Assembly: GCA_965208665.1 (NCBI GenBank)
Contig: CBDBPH010000002.1
Location: forward strand, 1,163,040-1,227,039
Source: Dehalococcoidia bacterium
Lineage (GTDB): Bacteria > Chloroflexota > Dehalococcoidia > Bin125
Direction of reading: 5' to 3'
Length of the DNA stretch: 64,000 nt
Part shown: positions 9,217 through 18,676 of the stretch, in pieces
Layout of the letters: every line of letters begins with the position of its first letter
How positions within the stretch are numbered: position 1 is the stretch's first letter
Made by a program: the position numbers and the translations under genes
Notes under the pieces: generated by a model
What the model was told of the DNA's origin: nothing
The model's database searches: none
The model's input: the letters and a program-made list of their open reading frames with translations, nothing else

Positions 9217-10092
9217 ATGCGCGACTTCAGCGACCGCACGGCCGTCGTCACCGGCGCCGCCTCCGGAATGGGATACGCCTTCGCGGATCGCTTCGCCGCC
9301 GAGGGCATGAATGTCGTCCTCGCCGACATCGAGACTGATGCGCTCAAGGCGGCGGTTATGCGACTGGAGCAAGAGGAGCGCAACGTCGTCGGGATCGAAG
9401 TCAACACGATGCAGCGCGAGTCGATCGAGTCGCTGCGGGACCAGGCGATCGATCGCTTCGGCAACATTCACGTGCTCTGCAACAACGCCGGCGTGACCAG
9501 CAGCGAGGACGGAGGATCCCGCAACCTGTGGGAGATCCCTGACTCGACCTGGGACTGGGTGCTGGGCGTCAACTTCTACGGCGTGCTCTACGGCATCCAG
9601 ACGTTCCTGCCGCACATGATCGGGCACGACGAGCCTGGGCACGTGGTCAGTACGTCATCGGTGGGCGGCATCATCGCCGGCTCCGGCGCCTACAGCGTGT
9701 CCAAGCACGGCGTGCTGTCGATCAGCGAGGGCCTCTACCTCGATCTACGTGCGAGTGATTCGAATGTTTCGGCGAGCGTGCTTTGTCCAGGACTGGTCAA
9801 CACCAACCTGATCAACGCCGAGCGCAATCGGCCCGATCAGTTCGGCGGGCCTGCCGAGCCCGCAGATGAAGGCTTCGCCGCCGAGATGAACTGGCAGGAC
9901 GCGATGGATCCGAGCAACGTCGCCTCGCTCGTCTGGGACGCCATCGTCAACGACACCTTCTACATCCTGCCGCATCCCGGCTTTGACGAGATCGTCAAGG
10001 ACCGGGTCGAGCGAATCCTCTCCCGAGGGGCCCCGGCGCAACTCGACTATGCCGATTTGGCCCGGCGACGCGAGGCAGGCGAACTGGTCTAG
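9217..10092 (+). CDS. SDR family oxidoreductase (array member 5 of 5)
   Basis: Has MRDFSDRTAVVTGAASGMG, NNAGV and YSVSKHG. 12-nt spacer. Confidence 0.9.
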   Translation: MRDFSDRTAVVTGAASGMGYAFADRFAAEGMNVVLADIETDALKAAVMRLEQEERNVVGIEVNTMQRESIESLRDQAIDRFGNIHVLCNNAGVTSSEDGGSRNLWEIPDSTWDWVLGVNFYGVLYGIQTFLPHMIGHDEPGHVVSTSSVGGIIAGSGAYSVSKHGVLSISEGLYLDLRASDSNVSASVLCPGLVNTNLINAERNRPDQFGGPAEPADEGFAAEMNWQDAMDPSNVASLVWDAIVNDTFYILPHPGFDEIVKDRVERILSRGAPAQLDYADLARRREAGELV

Positions 10093-10104
10093 CTGAGGCC
10101 CCGA

Positions 10105-10650
10105 CTACTCGTCCTCGCCGGAGGCGAGCTGCGCCGCGAACTCTTTGCGGCCCACTCGCTCTTTCTCCGTCTTGGCGAGGATCGTCTCGGGAATCCAGAA
10201 GGGCAGATGTTCGTCGGCGCGGCTGGGGGCGAGCAGGTCGTCCAGGTCCATGACCAATTCGCGTCGGTCGTACTTGGTCTGCTCGTGGCCTTCCCACAAC
10301 GGCAGCATGGCGATCGCGTCGAAGGGGCAAACCTCCACGCAAATGTTGCAGCGCATGCAGCGGCCGAAATCGATGTAGAAGTCGTCAATCACCGACTTGT
10401 GGTTGCTCTTGCCGGCGGCGCTGGCCGGGTTCTTCATCAGGGTCGTGGTCATGCAGTCGACCGGGCAAGCCGCGGCGCACTTACCGCACCCGGTGCAGTT
10501 CGGCTCTTCCAGCTGGTGATTCCAGATCAGATACGGGAACGTCCGCGCCCGCTTCGGAAGCTGCTTCTTCTCGAACGGGTAGTGCACCGTGACCGGCCCG
10601 CGGCCGACTACCTTGGCGCCCCGACCCATGACCTTCAACACACCGCGCAT
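10105..10650 (-). CDS. NuoI-like 2x[4Fe-4S] ferredoxin-type protein (stand-alone)
   Basis: Two CxxCxxCxxxCP motifs (CTGCGKCAAACP and CMRCNICVEVCP). The N-terminal HYPFEKKQLPKRAR block resembles NADH-quinone oxidoreductase subunit I. AGGGAG Shine-Dalgarno upstream. No other nuo genes in the window. Confidence 0.7.
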   Translation of the reverse strand: MRGVLKVMGRGAKVVGRGPVTVHYPFEKKQLPKRARTFPYLIWNHQLEEPNCTGCGKCAAACPVDCMTTTLMKNPASAAGKSNHKSVIDDFYIDFGRCMRCNICVEVCPFDAIAMLPLWEGHEQTKYDRRELVMDLDDLLAPSRADEHLPFWIPETILAKTEKERVGRKEFAAQLASGEDE

Positions 10651-10707
10651 GGCCCGCTCCCTGTGCTAACCCGCTACCGCCTCAGGATAGCGCACCATCT
10701 CATCTCC

Positions 10708-11382
10708 TCAGAGCGACATCTCCGGCACAATTGGCGGAATCAACAGTGGCGCGCCGGTCCACGCAGCCACCTCGTCGGTCGAGATTCCGGGTGCCGTCTC
10801 GCGCAACGCCAGCCCCGCATCCGTCACATCGATCACTGCCAGGTCGGTGATGATCACATCCACACAGCGTTCCGCCGTCAGCGGGTATTCGCAGACATCC
10901 ACGATGCGAGGCTCGCCCTCGCGAGTTACGTGCGCCATCGCGATGATCAGCCGACGCGCTCCGACCGCCAGGTCCATCGCCCCGCCTACGCTTCCCCCGC
11001 CGCGCGCCGGCACGTACCAGTTGGCCAGGTCGCCCCGCGCCGAGACCTGCAGACCGCCCAGGATCGCCGCGTCGATGTGGCCGCCGCGGATCATCGCGAA
11101 CGAGTCGGCGGTGTCGAAGAAGCTCGCGCCCGGCACCAGATCGACCGGCTGTCCGCCCGCGTTGATCAGATCCGAGTCGAAATCCGACTCGGAGATGCCC
11201 GAGTAGCCGAGAATGCCGTTCTCAGCCTGGAAGAGGATGTCGTCTGCGGGCTCGACGAATCCGGCCACCAGCGTCGGCAGACCGATGCCCAGGTTGACCA
11301 CCGAGCCGGGCTCAAGCTCGCGCGCGGCTCGCAGCGCGATCAGTTCCCGGCTGAGGTCCGTCGGTGGTCGCTGGGACACCAT
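10708..11382 (-). CDS. 3-oxoacid CoA-transferase, subunit B (class I)
   Basis: Has the AENGILG block (the SENG-type catalytic Glu region) and NLGIGLPT. Start taken at the internal ATG (MVSQRPP), 2 nt after the subunit A stop; verified as ATG in the sequence. Confidence 0.85.
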   Translation of the reverse strand: MVSQRPPTDLSRELIALRAARELEPGSVVNLGIGLPTLVAGFVEPADDILFQAENGILGYSGISESDFDSDLINAGGQPVDLVPGASFFDTADSFAMIRGGHIDAAILGGLQVSARGDLANWYVPARGGGSVGGAMDLAVGARRLIIAMAHVTREGEPRIVDVCEYPLTAERCVDVIITDLAVIDVTDAGLALRETAPGISTDEVAAWTGAPLLIPPIVPEMSL

Positions 11383-11384
11383 AT

Positions 11385-12077
11385 TCAGCCGTCCCAGCGC
11401 ACCGGAACCGGATCGCATTGGACCAGGCGGTCAACGTAGATGCCCGGCGTCCCGATCTGCTCGGGCGTGATCTGGCCCGCTTCTACGATCTCCTCGACTT
11501 CCGCAATCACCAGGTCGGCCGCTGTCGCCATCACCGGATTGAAATTCAGTCCCGCCAAGCGATACTGCAGGTTGCCCTGACGGTCGCCGCGCCAGGCTTT
11601 GATCAGCGCCGCATCGCCCCGCAGCGGGCGCTCCAGCAGCCAGCGCTCTCCGTCCAGCTCCAGTACCTCCTTGCCCTCGGCTATCGTCGTGCCCAGACCG
11701 GTCTTGGTCAGCACCCCGCCGAGACCGGCCCCGCCCGCTCTCAGACGTTCGATCAGGGTTCCCTGCGGCACCAGTTCCAGCTCCGCTTCGCCCGCGCGGT
11801 ATTGGGCCTCGAAGCGCGACGATCGCGTCCCCGACGCCCGGATTGCAAACGTCGCGATCACCTTGGCCAGTTGACGATGCTCGCAAAGTTCGTCCAGCAG
11901 GTCGCCTAACCCGATGTTGTTGGCCACCGCGGTCAGACCGGTTTGACCGGTCCGCGTCAACCCAAGAATCAGATTCGACGGCGTCCCGGCGGAAACAAAC
12001 CCGCCGACCAGGATCGTCGCGCCGTCGGGGATGTCTGAGACGGCTGCGTCGGGCGTGTCGAAGACCTCGGCCTGCAT
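11385..12077 (-). CDS. 3-oxoacid CoA-transferase, subunit A (class I)
   Basis: Has ILVGGFVSAGTP, VPQGTLIERLRAGGAG and the GNLQYR block, typical of ScoA/AtoD/PcaI-type alpha subunits. Confidence 0.85.
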   Translation of the reverse strand: MQAEVFDTPDAAVSDIPDGATILVGGFVSAGTPSNLILGLTRTGQTGLTAVANNIGLGDLLDELCEHRQLAKVIATFAIRASGTRSSRFEAQYRAGEAELELVPQGTLIERLRAGGAGLGGVLTKTGLGTTIAEGKEVLELDGERWLLERPLRGDAALIKAWRGDRQGNLQYRLAGLNFNPVMATAADLVIAEVEEIVEAGQITPEQIGTPGIYVDRLVQCDPVPVRWDG

Positions 12078-12162
12078 GCGCCGATCCTACCGCCAGTGTC
12101 TCATCAGATATCTTGCACACAGCTGTGGTTGCCTACGCAGCTATGCCAGAAGGAGCACCTCA

Positions 12163-13386
12163 ATGCCAGCGCCACTCGAAGGAATTCGCGTCGTTGACTT
12201 CACCCGATATCAGAACGGCCCCCACGCGACGGCAATGCTGGCCGACATGGGCGCCGACGTGCTCAAGGTCGAGATGCCCGGCAACGGCGACCCGGGCCGA
12301 CAGCTCGGCATGGGCGCCGACGGATTCTGCTCCTACTTCGAGGCACTCAACCGGGGCAAACGCTCGATGACGCTCGACCTGCGCGCGGAGGGCGCGATCG
12401 AGGTCGTGCACAAGCTGATTGAAGATGCCGACGTCCTCACCGAGAACTTCCGACCTGGCTATCTCGACTCCATCGGCCTCGGCTACGACGACCTCAAGCA
12501 GGTCAATCCAAAGCTCATCTACGCAACCAACTCCGGCTTCGGACCCGAGGGCGAATGGGCAACACGCGGCTCATTCGATGTCGTCGCGCAGGGCATGTCG
12601 GGCGCGATGATCGCGCTCGGCGGCGGCCCAGGTGAGCGGCCAATCACCGCGCCCTGGGGTCTCGCGGATCAGACCGGCTCGCTGCTGTTCGCATACGGAA
12701 TCGTAACAGCGCTCTTCGCGCGGTCGCAGCACGGCGTCGGCCAGAAGATTGATGTGTCCCAGCTCGGCGCGATGCTCACCCTCCAGGCGCTCTCGCTGCA
12801 GGCCTACTTGCACAGCGACTACCAGCCGATCCTCAAGCCGGGTCGCTCGTTCTCCGCCACGTTTAGCTGGTACCAGGCGGGCGACGGCAAGTGGTTCACT
12901 ATGGGTCTGCTCGATCCAAAGAGCTGGGCCCCACTCTGCGAAGCGCTGGAGCGTCCGGATCTGCTCAACGACGAGCGTTCCACGGACCCCTTCCAGCGCC
13001 GCGACAACGAAGATTGGCTGCGCACGGAGCTTGAGCAAACGTTTGCAAAACGCACCCGCGATGAGTGGCTGTCGCGATTGATTGGCGCGCGGATTCCCTG
13101 CGGACCAGTCTACGACTACGAGGAAGTCGCCAACGACCAGCACTTCTGGCTCAACGGCTACCTGCAGGAGGCAGCCCATCCGCACTTCGAGCACAACCGG
13201 GTGGTCGGCATCCCGGTCAGCTTCAGCGAGACCAAGACCCAGGTGCAATCGTCGGCGCCCGAGCTGGGTCAGGACACCGAGCTGGAACTGCTCAACCTGG
13301 GCTACGACTGGCCCGACATCGAGCGCTTGCACGACAGCGGTGTGACCGCGGTCAAACGCCAGGGTTCGGCAGCAGCCGGCGACTAG
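12163..13386 (+). CDS. class III (CaiB/BaiF family) CoA-transferase
   Basis: The N-terminus PLEGIRVVDFTRYQNGPHATAMLADMGADVLKVE is the family hallmark. Start placed at the ATG at 12163, preceded by AGGAG; the upstream part of the track ORF looks non-coding. Confidence 0.85.
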   Translation: MPAPLEGIRVVDFTRYQNGPHATAMLADMGADVLKVEMPGNGDPGRQLGMGADGFCSYFEALNRGKRSMTLDLRAEGAIEVVHKLIEDADVLTENFRPGYLDSIGLGYDDLKQVNPKLIYATNSGFGPEGEWATRGSFDVVAQGMSGAMIALGGGPGERPITAPWGLADQTGSLLFAYGIVTALFARSQHGVGQKIDVSQLGAMLTLQALSLQAYLHSDYQPILKPGRSFSATFSWYQAGDGKWFTMGLLDPKSWAPLCEALERPDLLNDERSTDPFQRRDNEDWLRTELEQTFAKRTRDEWLSRLIGARIPCGPVYDYEEVANDQHFWLNGYLQEAAHPHFEHNRVVGIPVSFSETKTQVQSSAPELGQDTELELLNLGYDWPDIERLHDSGVTAVKRQGSAAAGD

Positions 13387-15632
13387 CCGTCCAGCAGATT
13401 CGACAGGCTTGAGTTCCAGACATCGGCCGCGTCGTGAAGCGGCAGATTAAGTTCGCCAATCCTCATCCGATCGCCACCTACCGACCCCAACCTCACAGCA
13501 CCTGCCCCGAGCCTCGCAGCAATCCCCACCAGGTCCGACCCTGATTCCGGGGCCGCACTGACGATCGCCCGGGCGCCAGCTTCACCGAACAGTGTCGCGT
13601 CGAGCCGGCCGCTGAACTCCGCCTCAACTTGCACTCCGATCTCTCCGGCAATGGCTGATTCCGCAATCGCAACGGCGAGGCCACCGTCGGAGCAGTCGTG
13701 GGCGGACTTGAGCAGGCCGGACTCAGCCAGCTCGACGAGTACGTCGATCAACGCAACCTCGGTCTCGAGGTCAACCTCGATTGGTCCGGCCGATTTGCCA
13801 TGCAACACGGACAGGTACTCGCTGCCACCGAGTGTTGAAGTGTCCTGTTCAAGACTCCCGCCGAGCAGCCAGATCTCGTCGCCCTCGTCCTGGAAGGCCA
13901 TCCGCACGGCCTTGGTCACATCCGAGACGATACCCAGCATGCCTACTACCGGCGTTGGTGTGACCGGTCCGTCCTCCGACTCGTTGTAGAGACTCGCATT
14001 GCCCGAAACCACCGGCGTCCCGAAGGCACGGCAAGCGTCGGCCATTCCTCGAATCGACTCCCGAAGCTGGTAGTAGATCGATGCGCGCTCCGGGTTGGCG
14101 AAGTTGAGGCAGTCGGTCACGGCGATCGGTCGAGCTCCAGTGCAGGCAATATTGCGCGCTGCCTCGGCAACCGCGCGAGCGGAACCGCCATACGGATCGA
14201 GTTCGACGGCCCGGCCGGGACCGTCCGTGCAGACTGCGAGCCCCTGCTTGACACCGCGAATACGCAGCACTGCCGCGTCAGAACCCGGCAACACCACGGT
14301 GTTGGTGCCAACCATGTGGTCGTACTGCCGATAGACCCAGCGCTTGGAAGCGATGTTGGGCGAGGCGAGCAGCTTGAGTAGTGCGTCGTTCGCGGCCGAC
14401 GGGTCCAGATCGGGAATCGAACCAGGATCCCAGCGGGACCGAGCTTCAGCGTCAGGGTCGCGCTCCGCATCGGGCGTGTAGGCCGGCGCCCCGGTGAGCA
14501 ACGACACAGGCGCAGCGGCGACTTCACGCTCACCGTCGAAAACGCGCGCGATACCGTCGTCGGTCACCTCGCCGATCACTTCGGCGTGCAGATCCCAGTG
14601 CTCGAACCAGTCCTCAACGTCGGAGACGTGGGCTGGCTTGACTGCGGCAATCATGCGCTCCTGCGACTCGGAGAGCATCACTTCGTATTCCGTCATGCCC
14701 GATTCGCGGCGGGGCACATGCTGGGTCTGGATGCGGATTCCGGCGTTGGCGCGTTCGGCCATCTCGACCGTCGAGGACGTGATCCCTGCCGCGCCGCAGT
14801 CCTGCAGACCTTCCAGCCAATCGCGGTGCTCTCGGACGAGTCCAACGCAGGCGTCCATCAAAGACTTCTCCAGAAATGGATTGCCGACTTGCACCGCGGG
14901 CCGGCGTTCGGCGGACGATTCGTCCAGCTCGACCGAGGCGAACGTCGCACCGTGCAAACCGTCGCGACCGGTGTCGGCGCCGACAATCATGAGCTGCGTC
15001 CCCGGCGGACCGGCGGTCGCCGATATCAACCCGCCACGACGGGCAATTCCTAGACACATCGCATTGACCAGCGGATTGCCGCTGTAGGCGTCGCCGACGA
15101 CGAGCTCTCCGCCAACAGTTGGGATGCCGAGGCAATTCCCATATCCGCCGATACCGGCGACCACCCCCACGCACAGGCGTCGGTTGCGCCGATCCTCCAG
15201 TGGTCCGAAGCGCAGCGAGTCGAGCAACGCGATCGGTTGTGCACCCATCGCGAAGATGTCACGCACGATGCCGCCGACACCGGTCGCGGCGCCCTCATAT
15301 GGTTCAATCGCAGACGGGTGATTGTGAGATTCGATCTTCATCACCGCGACCCAGCCGTCGCCAATGTCGATGGCGCCGGCGTTCTCGTCGCCCAGCTTCG
15401 TCAGAATGCGCTCGTCATCGGTTGGGAAGTGATGGAACAGGGGACGCGAGTGCTTGTAGCCGCAGTGCTCGCTCCACAGCGCTCCAATCATGCCCAGTTC
15501 GACATCCGACGGCGCACGGCCGAGCATGTCGCAGGCGCGCTCGTACTCGTCCCGGCTGAGCGCGATTTGCGCCAGCACATCGGCATCCACTTCGGCCGGC
15601 GGCGCGTCTGCGGGTGCCGGATAGCTGGCCAC
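13383..15632 (-). CDS. purL: phosphoribosylformylglycinamidine synthase subunit PurL
   Basis: Shows PurL blocks over its full length (EHCGYKHS, HNHPSAIEPYEGAATGVGG, GGYGNCLGIP). Start set to the GTG at 15632, 1 nt after the purQ stop; the track ORF extends further upstream. Confidence 0.95.
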   Translation of the reverse strand: MASYPAPADAPPAEVDADVLAQIALSRDEYERACDMLGRAPSDVELGMIGALWSEHCGYKHSRPLFHHFPTDDERILTKLGDENAGAIDIGDGWVAVMKIESHNHPSAIEPYEGAATGVGGIVRDIFAMGAQPIALLDSLRFGPLEDRRNRRLCVGVVAGIGGYGNCLGIPTVGGELVVGDAYSGNPLVNAMCLGIARRGGLISATAGPPGTQLMIVGADTGRDGLHGATFASVELDESSAERRPAVQVGNPFLEKSLMDACVGLVREHRDWLEGLQDCGAAGITSSTVEMAERANAGIRIQTQHVPRRESGMTEYEVMLSESQERMIAAVKPAHVSDVEDWFEHWDLHAEVIGEVTDDGIARVFDGEREVAAAPVSLLTGAPAYTPDAERDPDAEARSRWDPGSIPDLDPSAANDALLKLLASPNIASKRWVYRQYDHMVGTNTVVLPGSDAAVLRIRGVKQGLAVCTDGPGRAVELDPYGGSARAVAEAARNIACTGARPIAVTDCLNFANPERASIYYQLRESIRGMADACRAFGTPVVSGNASLYNESEDGPVTPTPVVGMLGIVSDVTKAVRMAFQDEGDEIWLLGGSLEQDTSTLGGSEYLSVLHGKSAGPIEVDLETEVALIDVLVELAESGLLKSAHDCSDGGLAVAIAESAIAGEIGVQVEAEFSGRLDATLFGEAGARAIVSAAPESGSDLVGIAARLGAGAVRLGSVGGDRMRIGELNLPLHDAADVWNSSLSNLLDG

Positions 15633-15633
15633 G

Positions 15634-16296
15634 TCAGCCCCAGCGCTCGATGATCGATCGCCAGATATGGTTGCCGTCGGTCCCGCCCAGCAACGAATCG
15701 GAGGCACGCTCCGGATGCGGCATCATGCCGAGCACATTGCCCATCGGGTTCATGATGCCGGCGATATCGCGCAACGAGCCATTGGGATTCTCGCCGGAAT
15801 AGCGAAAGATGACGCGACCGGCATCCTCAAGCTCGTCAAGGACTGCGGGAGGTGCGAAGTACTGGCCCTCGCCGTGAGATATCGGTAGCTCGACAATCTG
15901 CCCGGTCCGACAACTGTTGGTGAAACCGGTATCCGCGCGCTCGACCGTCAACTCTTGCGGCTGACAGCGGAACTGCAGCGAAGCGTTGCGCTGCAGAACT
16001 CCTGGGAGCAGCCCGGCCTCACAGAGAATCTGGAAGCCGTTGCATGAGCCGAAGATCGGCCTGCCCGTCACCGAGAACCGTTCCAGCGCGGACATGACCG
16101 GCGAGAAGCGTGCGATGGCCCCGCAGCGTAGATGGTCGCCGTAGGAGAAGCCGCCCGGAAGGATGACGCCGTCGTAATCCTCGAGCGAGGCCTCCTTATG
16201 CCAGACGCGTTCGGCCGTCTGACCCAGGTCTTCCAGCGCGTAGACGCAGTCCCAGTCGCTCCAGGTGCCTGGGAAGACGAGCACGGCGAATCGCAT
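15634..16296 (-). CDS. purQ: phosphoribosylformylglycinamidine synthase glutaminase subunit PurQ
   Basis: MRFAVLVFPG start, GGFSYGD, the SCNGFQ catalytic Cys block and HPE near the C-terminus. Confidence 0.95.
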   Translation of the reverse strand: MRFAVLVFPGTWSDWDCVYALEDLGQTAERVWHKEASLEDYDGVILPGGFSYGDHLRCGAIARFSPVMSALERFSVTGRPIFGSCNGFQILCEAGLLPGVLQRNASLQFRCQPQELTVERADTGFTNSCRTGQIVELPISHGEGQYFAPPAVLDELEDAGRVIFRYSGENPNGSLRDIAGIMNPMGNVLGMMPHPERASDSLLGGTDGNHIWRSIIERWG

Positions 16297-16355
16297 CTCC
16301 CCGATGCTATCCCGCGCACTCGTTACGTCCAGTTGCGGCAGACCCAGAAGCAGAG

Positions 16356-18548
16356 CTAGAGCGCCGGATTGGCCGGCGATTCTTCACGCGGCCCCTCGCG
16401 CGGAGTAGCGCGCAGCTCCGACTCGGCAGCGGGCGGATACTCAATCCGCTGATGATGCACACCAACCAGTGTGTGCTTGAAACTCGCCGAGATCTGACGC
16501 AGCTCGTTCAATGTCAGATCACAGTGATCAAGCTGCCGCTCCCTCAGGCGTTCGTCGAACACGCCGTCAACCAGCATGCCGATCCTGTCCGCTTCATGCT
16601 CTCCGCTGGCCCGCACGACCGCTTCGCAACTATCGGCAAGCATCACGATCGCGGTCTCGCGCGTCTGCGGCGGCGGGCCGGGATAGGTGTAATCGCGAGG
16701 ATCGACTCGCGGATCGGACATCGCCGCCTTGCGATAGAAGAACGCAACCCGACGCGAGCCGTGGTGCTCCAGGATGAAGTCCCGAATCCGCGGCGGCAGC
16801 CGATCGCGACGAGCGAGGTCCTCGCCGGCCGTGACGTGCTGAATGATCAGGCGCGCGCTCTCGCTGGGTTCGAGCGCGTCGTGTGGATTCGTCCCTTCCT
16901 GGTTCTCGATGAACATGGCCGGACGATTGAGTTTGCCAATGTCGTGGTAGTACGCACCAACACGCACCAACAGCGGGTCGGCCCCGATCTGAGCGGCAGC
17001 GCGTTCGGACATCGTCGCAACGAGCAGGGAATGATGGAATGTACCCGGCGCCTCTTCCTGCAGTCGCCGAAGCAGCGGACGCTGCAACTGGGCCAACTCG
17101 AGCAGGCGCATGGGCGTCGTTATGCCGAACAGCGCGCCCAGCAGCGAAAATGCCCCAATCGTGATTACCGCTACCAGTGCGGCCGTAACCAGCGCAGCGA
17201 GCGCCAGCCAGCCGAGCTGGTCGCTGGCTCGCTGAGCATCGAAGAGCCAGATCGCAGCGCCGGCGAGGAATCCGGCCGCGCCCGCGGCCAGCCCGGCCAG
17301 TCCGTACTGCGCCAGCGCCTGCGCTCGAGTGGCGGCAAACACACCTCCCAGGGAACTGGCCAGGAAGAACACCAGTGGTCGCAGGGCCTGTGCGCCTCCG
17401 GGAACGACGCCGTAGTCGGGCAGCACGATCGCGGCCACGCCGGCCAACAACGAGATCAGCACCCCGGTGGTGATGCCGAGGCCCGTGCTCAGCAACGCCG
17501 CTACCAACACCGGTCCGGCCGCCAGGGGCAACATCAGATCCAGTGACTCGTCGACTCCGCCGGGCAGCGCGAACTCGAACCAGGCTCGGGCGGCAGCAAC
17601 TGAAAAGAGAATCAGCATCGCGAGCAGGATGATCCGTCGATCGCTCGCGGCTTGCACGGGTCGCCAGACCATCAGGTAGAGACTGAACACTGCCGAAGCG
17701 CTAATCGCGAAGATCACGATCGCACCAAGCGACTCGACCTCGATTCCCGCTGAGCGAGGGGTCAGATGAGCCAAGGCCTCCGCAGCCGCGTCGTCCACCA
17801 CTGCGCCGCGGGCGACGATGAGTTCACCCTCGGCCACGGTCCTCGGCACGCCGGCGACCGAACGAGCAGCGCGAACTCGGGCCAGCTCTGTCAGGGCCGA
17901 GGACTCAATCATCGTCGGCCGCAGATATGCGCTGACGAGCGACGCGACCAGAGTCGTCTCGGTCAGGCTGAGGTCCGGGTCGATCCGCTCATGCAGCCCA
18001 AGCCTCGCCTCGTCCAACCCTTCCTCATAGAGCCGCTCTTGCAGCAGCGACTCAAGCACCACCGGCGCTTCGCGCTCGATGTTGGCAAACTGCGGATCCG
18101 AGACCGCCAGCAGGAACGTTTCCTCACGCTGCAGCAGCTTTGAGCCCGGGACGACGATGGGTTCTGCCTGCCTGACGTCCTGCGATTCTTCACCCGACTC
18201 CTCAGCAGGCTCCGATTCAACCGCGACAGGTGCACTCCGCGCCCGGCGCTCCAGTATCACTGCGTCGAAGTACAGACGTAGAGCCTCGAGCTGCGCCGGC
18301 CGAATATCGGGATCGAACTCAAACTGGGTGTCGACTTCGGAACGGGCGACGTCCTGCGCCTCTGCCGTCAGCGACTCGCTGATGAACGACGTTTCCTCGG
18401 TCGCGACGATGTCGCGGTCGGCGACGGTCCCCAGGGCCGGAAAGTCCTGTTCAGGCCGAAACGGAGTCAGGGCGAGGACAATCCCGATGGCCAGGGCAAC
18501 CCCGAAGACGCCGACTCGCCAGGGGGTGAAATACGATTGCTGGCTCAT
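16356..18548 (-). CDS. 7TM-receptor-with-HD-domain protein (PgpH/YqfF-like phosphohydrolase)
   Basis: Built as an extracellular N-domain, about 7 hydrophobic helices and a C-terminal HD domain (HHSLLVA...YYHDIGK...HH). Confidence 0.8.
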   Translation of the reverse strand: MSQQSYFTPWRVGVFGVALAIGIVLALTPFRPEQDFPALGTVADRDIVATEETSFISESLTAEAQDVARSEVDTQFEFDPDIRPAQLEALRLYFDAVILERRARSAPVAVESEPAEESGEESQDVRQAEPIVVPGSKLLQREETFLLAVSDPQFANIEREAPVVLESLLQERLYEEGLDEARLGLHERIDPDLSLTETTLVASLVSAYLRPTMIESSALTELARVRAARSVAGVPRTVAEGELIVARGAVVDDAAAEALAHLTPRSAGIEVESLGAIVIFAISASAVFSLYLMVWRPVQAASDRRIILLAMLILFSVAAARAWFEFALPGGVDESLDLMLPLAAGPVLVAALLSTGLGITTGVLISLLAGVAAIVLPDYGVVPGGAQALRPLVFFLASSLGGVFAATRAQALAQYGLAGLAAGAAGFLAGAAIWLFDAQRASDQLGWLALAALVTAALVAVITIGAFSLLGALFGITTPMRLLELAQLQRPLLRRLQEEAPGTFHHSLLVATMSERAAAQIGADPLLVRVGAYYHDIGKLNRPAMFIENQEGTNPHDALEPSESARLIIQHVTAGEDLARRDRLPPRIRDFILEHHGSRRVAFFYRKAAMSDPRVDPRDYTYPGPPPQTRETAIVMLADSCEAVVRASGEHEADRIGMLVDGVFDERLRERQLDHCDLTLNELRQISASFKHTLVGVHHQRIEYPPAAESELRATPREGPREESPANPAL

Positions 18549-18676
18549 TACAGGATCATTGGAGCATGGTCGCGACCGTATGACGCGGAGAACGGCCCCG
18601 CGCCCACCGCTGTAGCAATAGTACAGGTCTCGTTACGTCACCTAGAGTCGCGTCCGAACCATGTCGGAGTTTCGGA

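Noticed and set aside
8092-9642. 516-aa minus-strand ORF spanning two SDR genes
   Set aside because: It is antisense to well-supported SDR genes. The composition is Asp/Gly/Arg/Val-rich and mirrors the sense-strand codons, with no motifs. This is a typical long shadow ORF of high-GC DNA.
10207-11439. 410-aa plus-strand ORF over the ferredoxin and CoA-transferase B genes
   Set aside because: It is antisense to two genes with clear motifs, and its translation is Arg/Ala/His-rich low complexity.
12031-12162. 44-codon N-terminal extension of the CaiB-type CoA-transferase
   Set aside because: The extension overlaps the divergent scoA 5' end and the promoter region and is Cys/Arg/Ser-rich. The ATG at 12163 has a good AGGAG, and family homology begins there.
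16297-16355. Expected purS upstream of purQ
   Set aside because: Only 59 nt separate purQ from the PgpH-like gene, so there is no room for an ~80-aa PurS. It must be encoded elsewhere.
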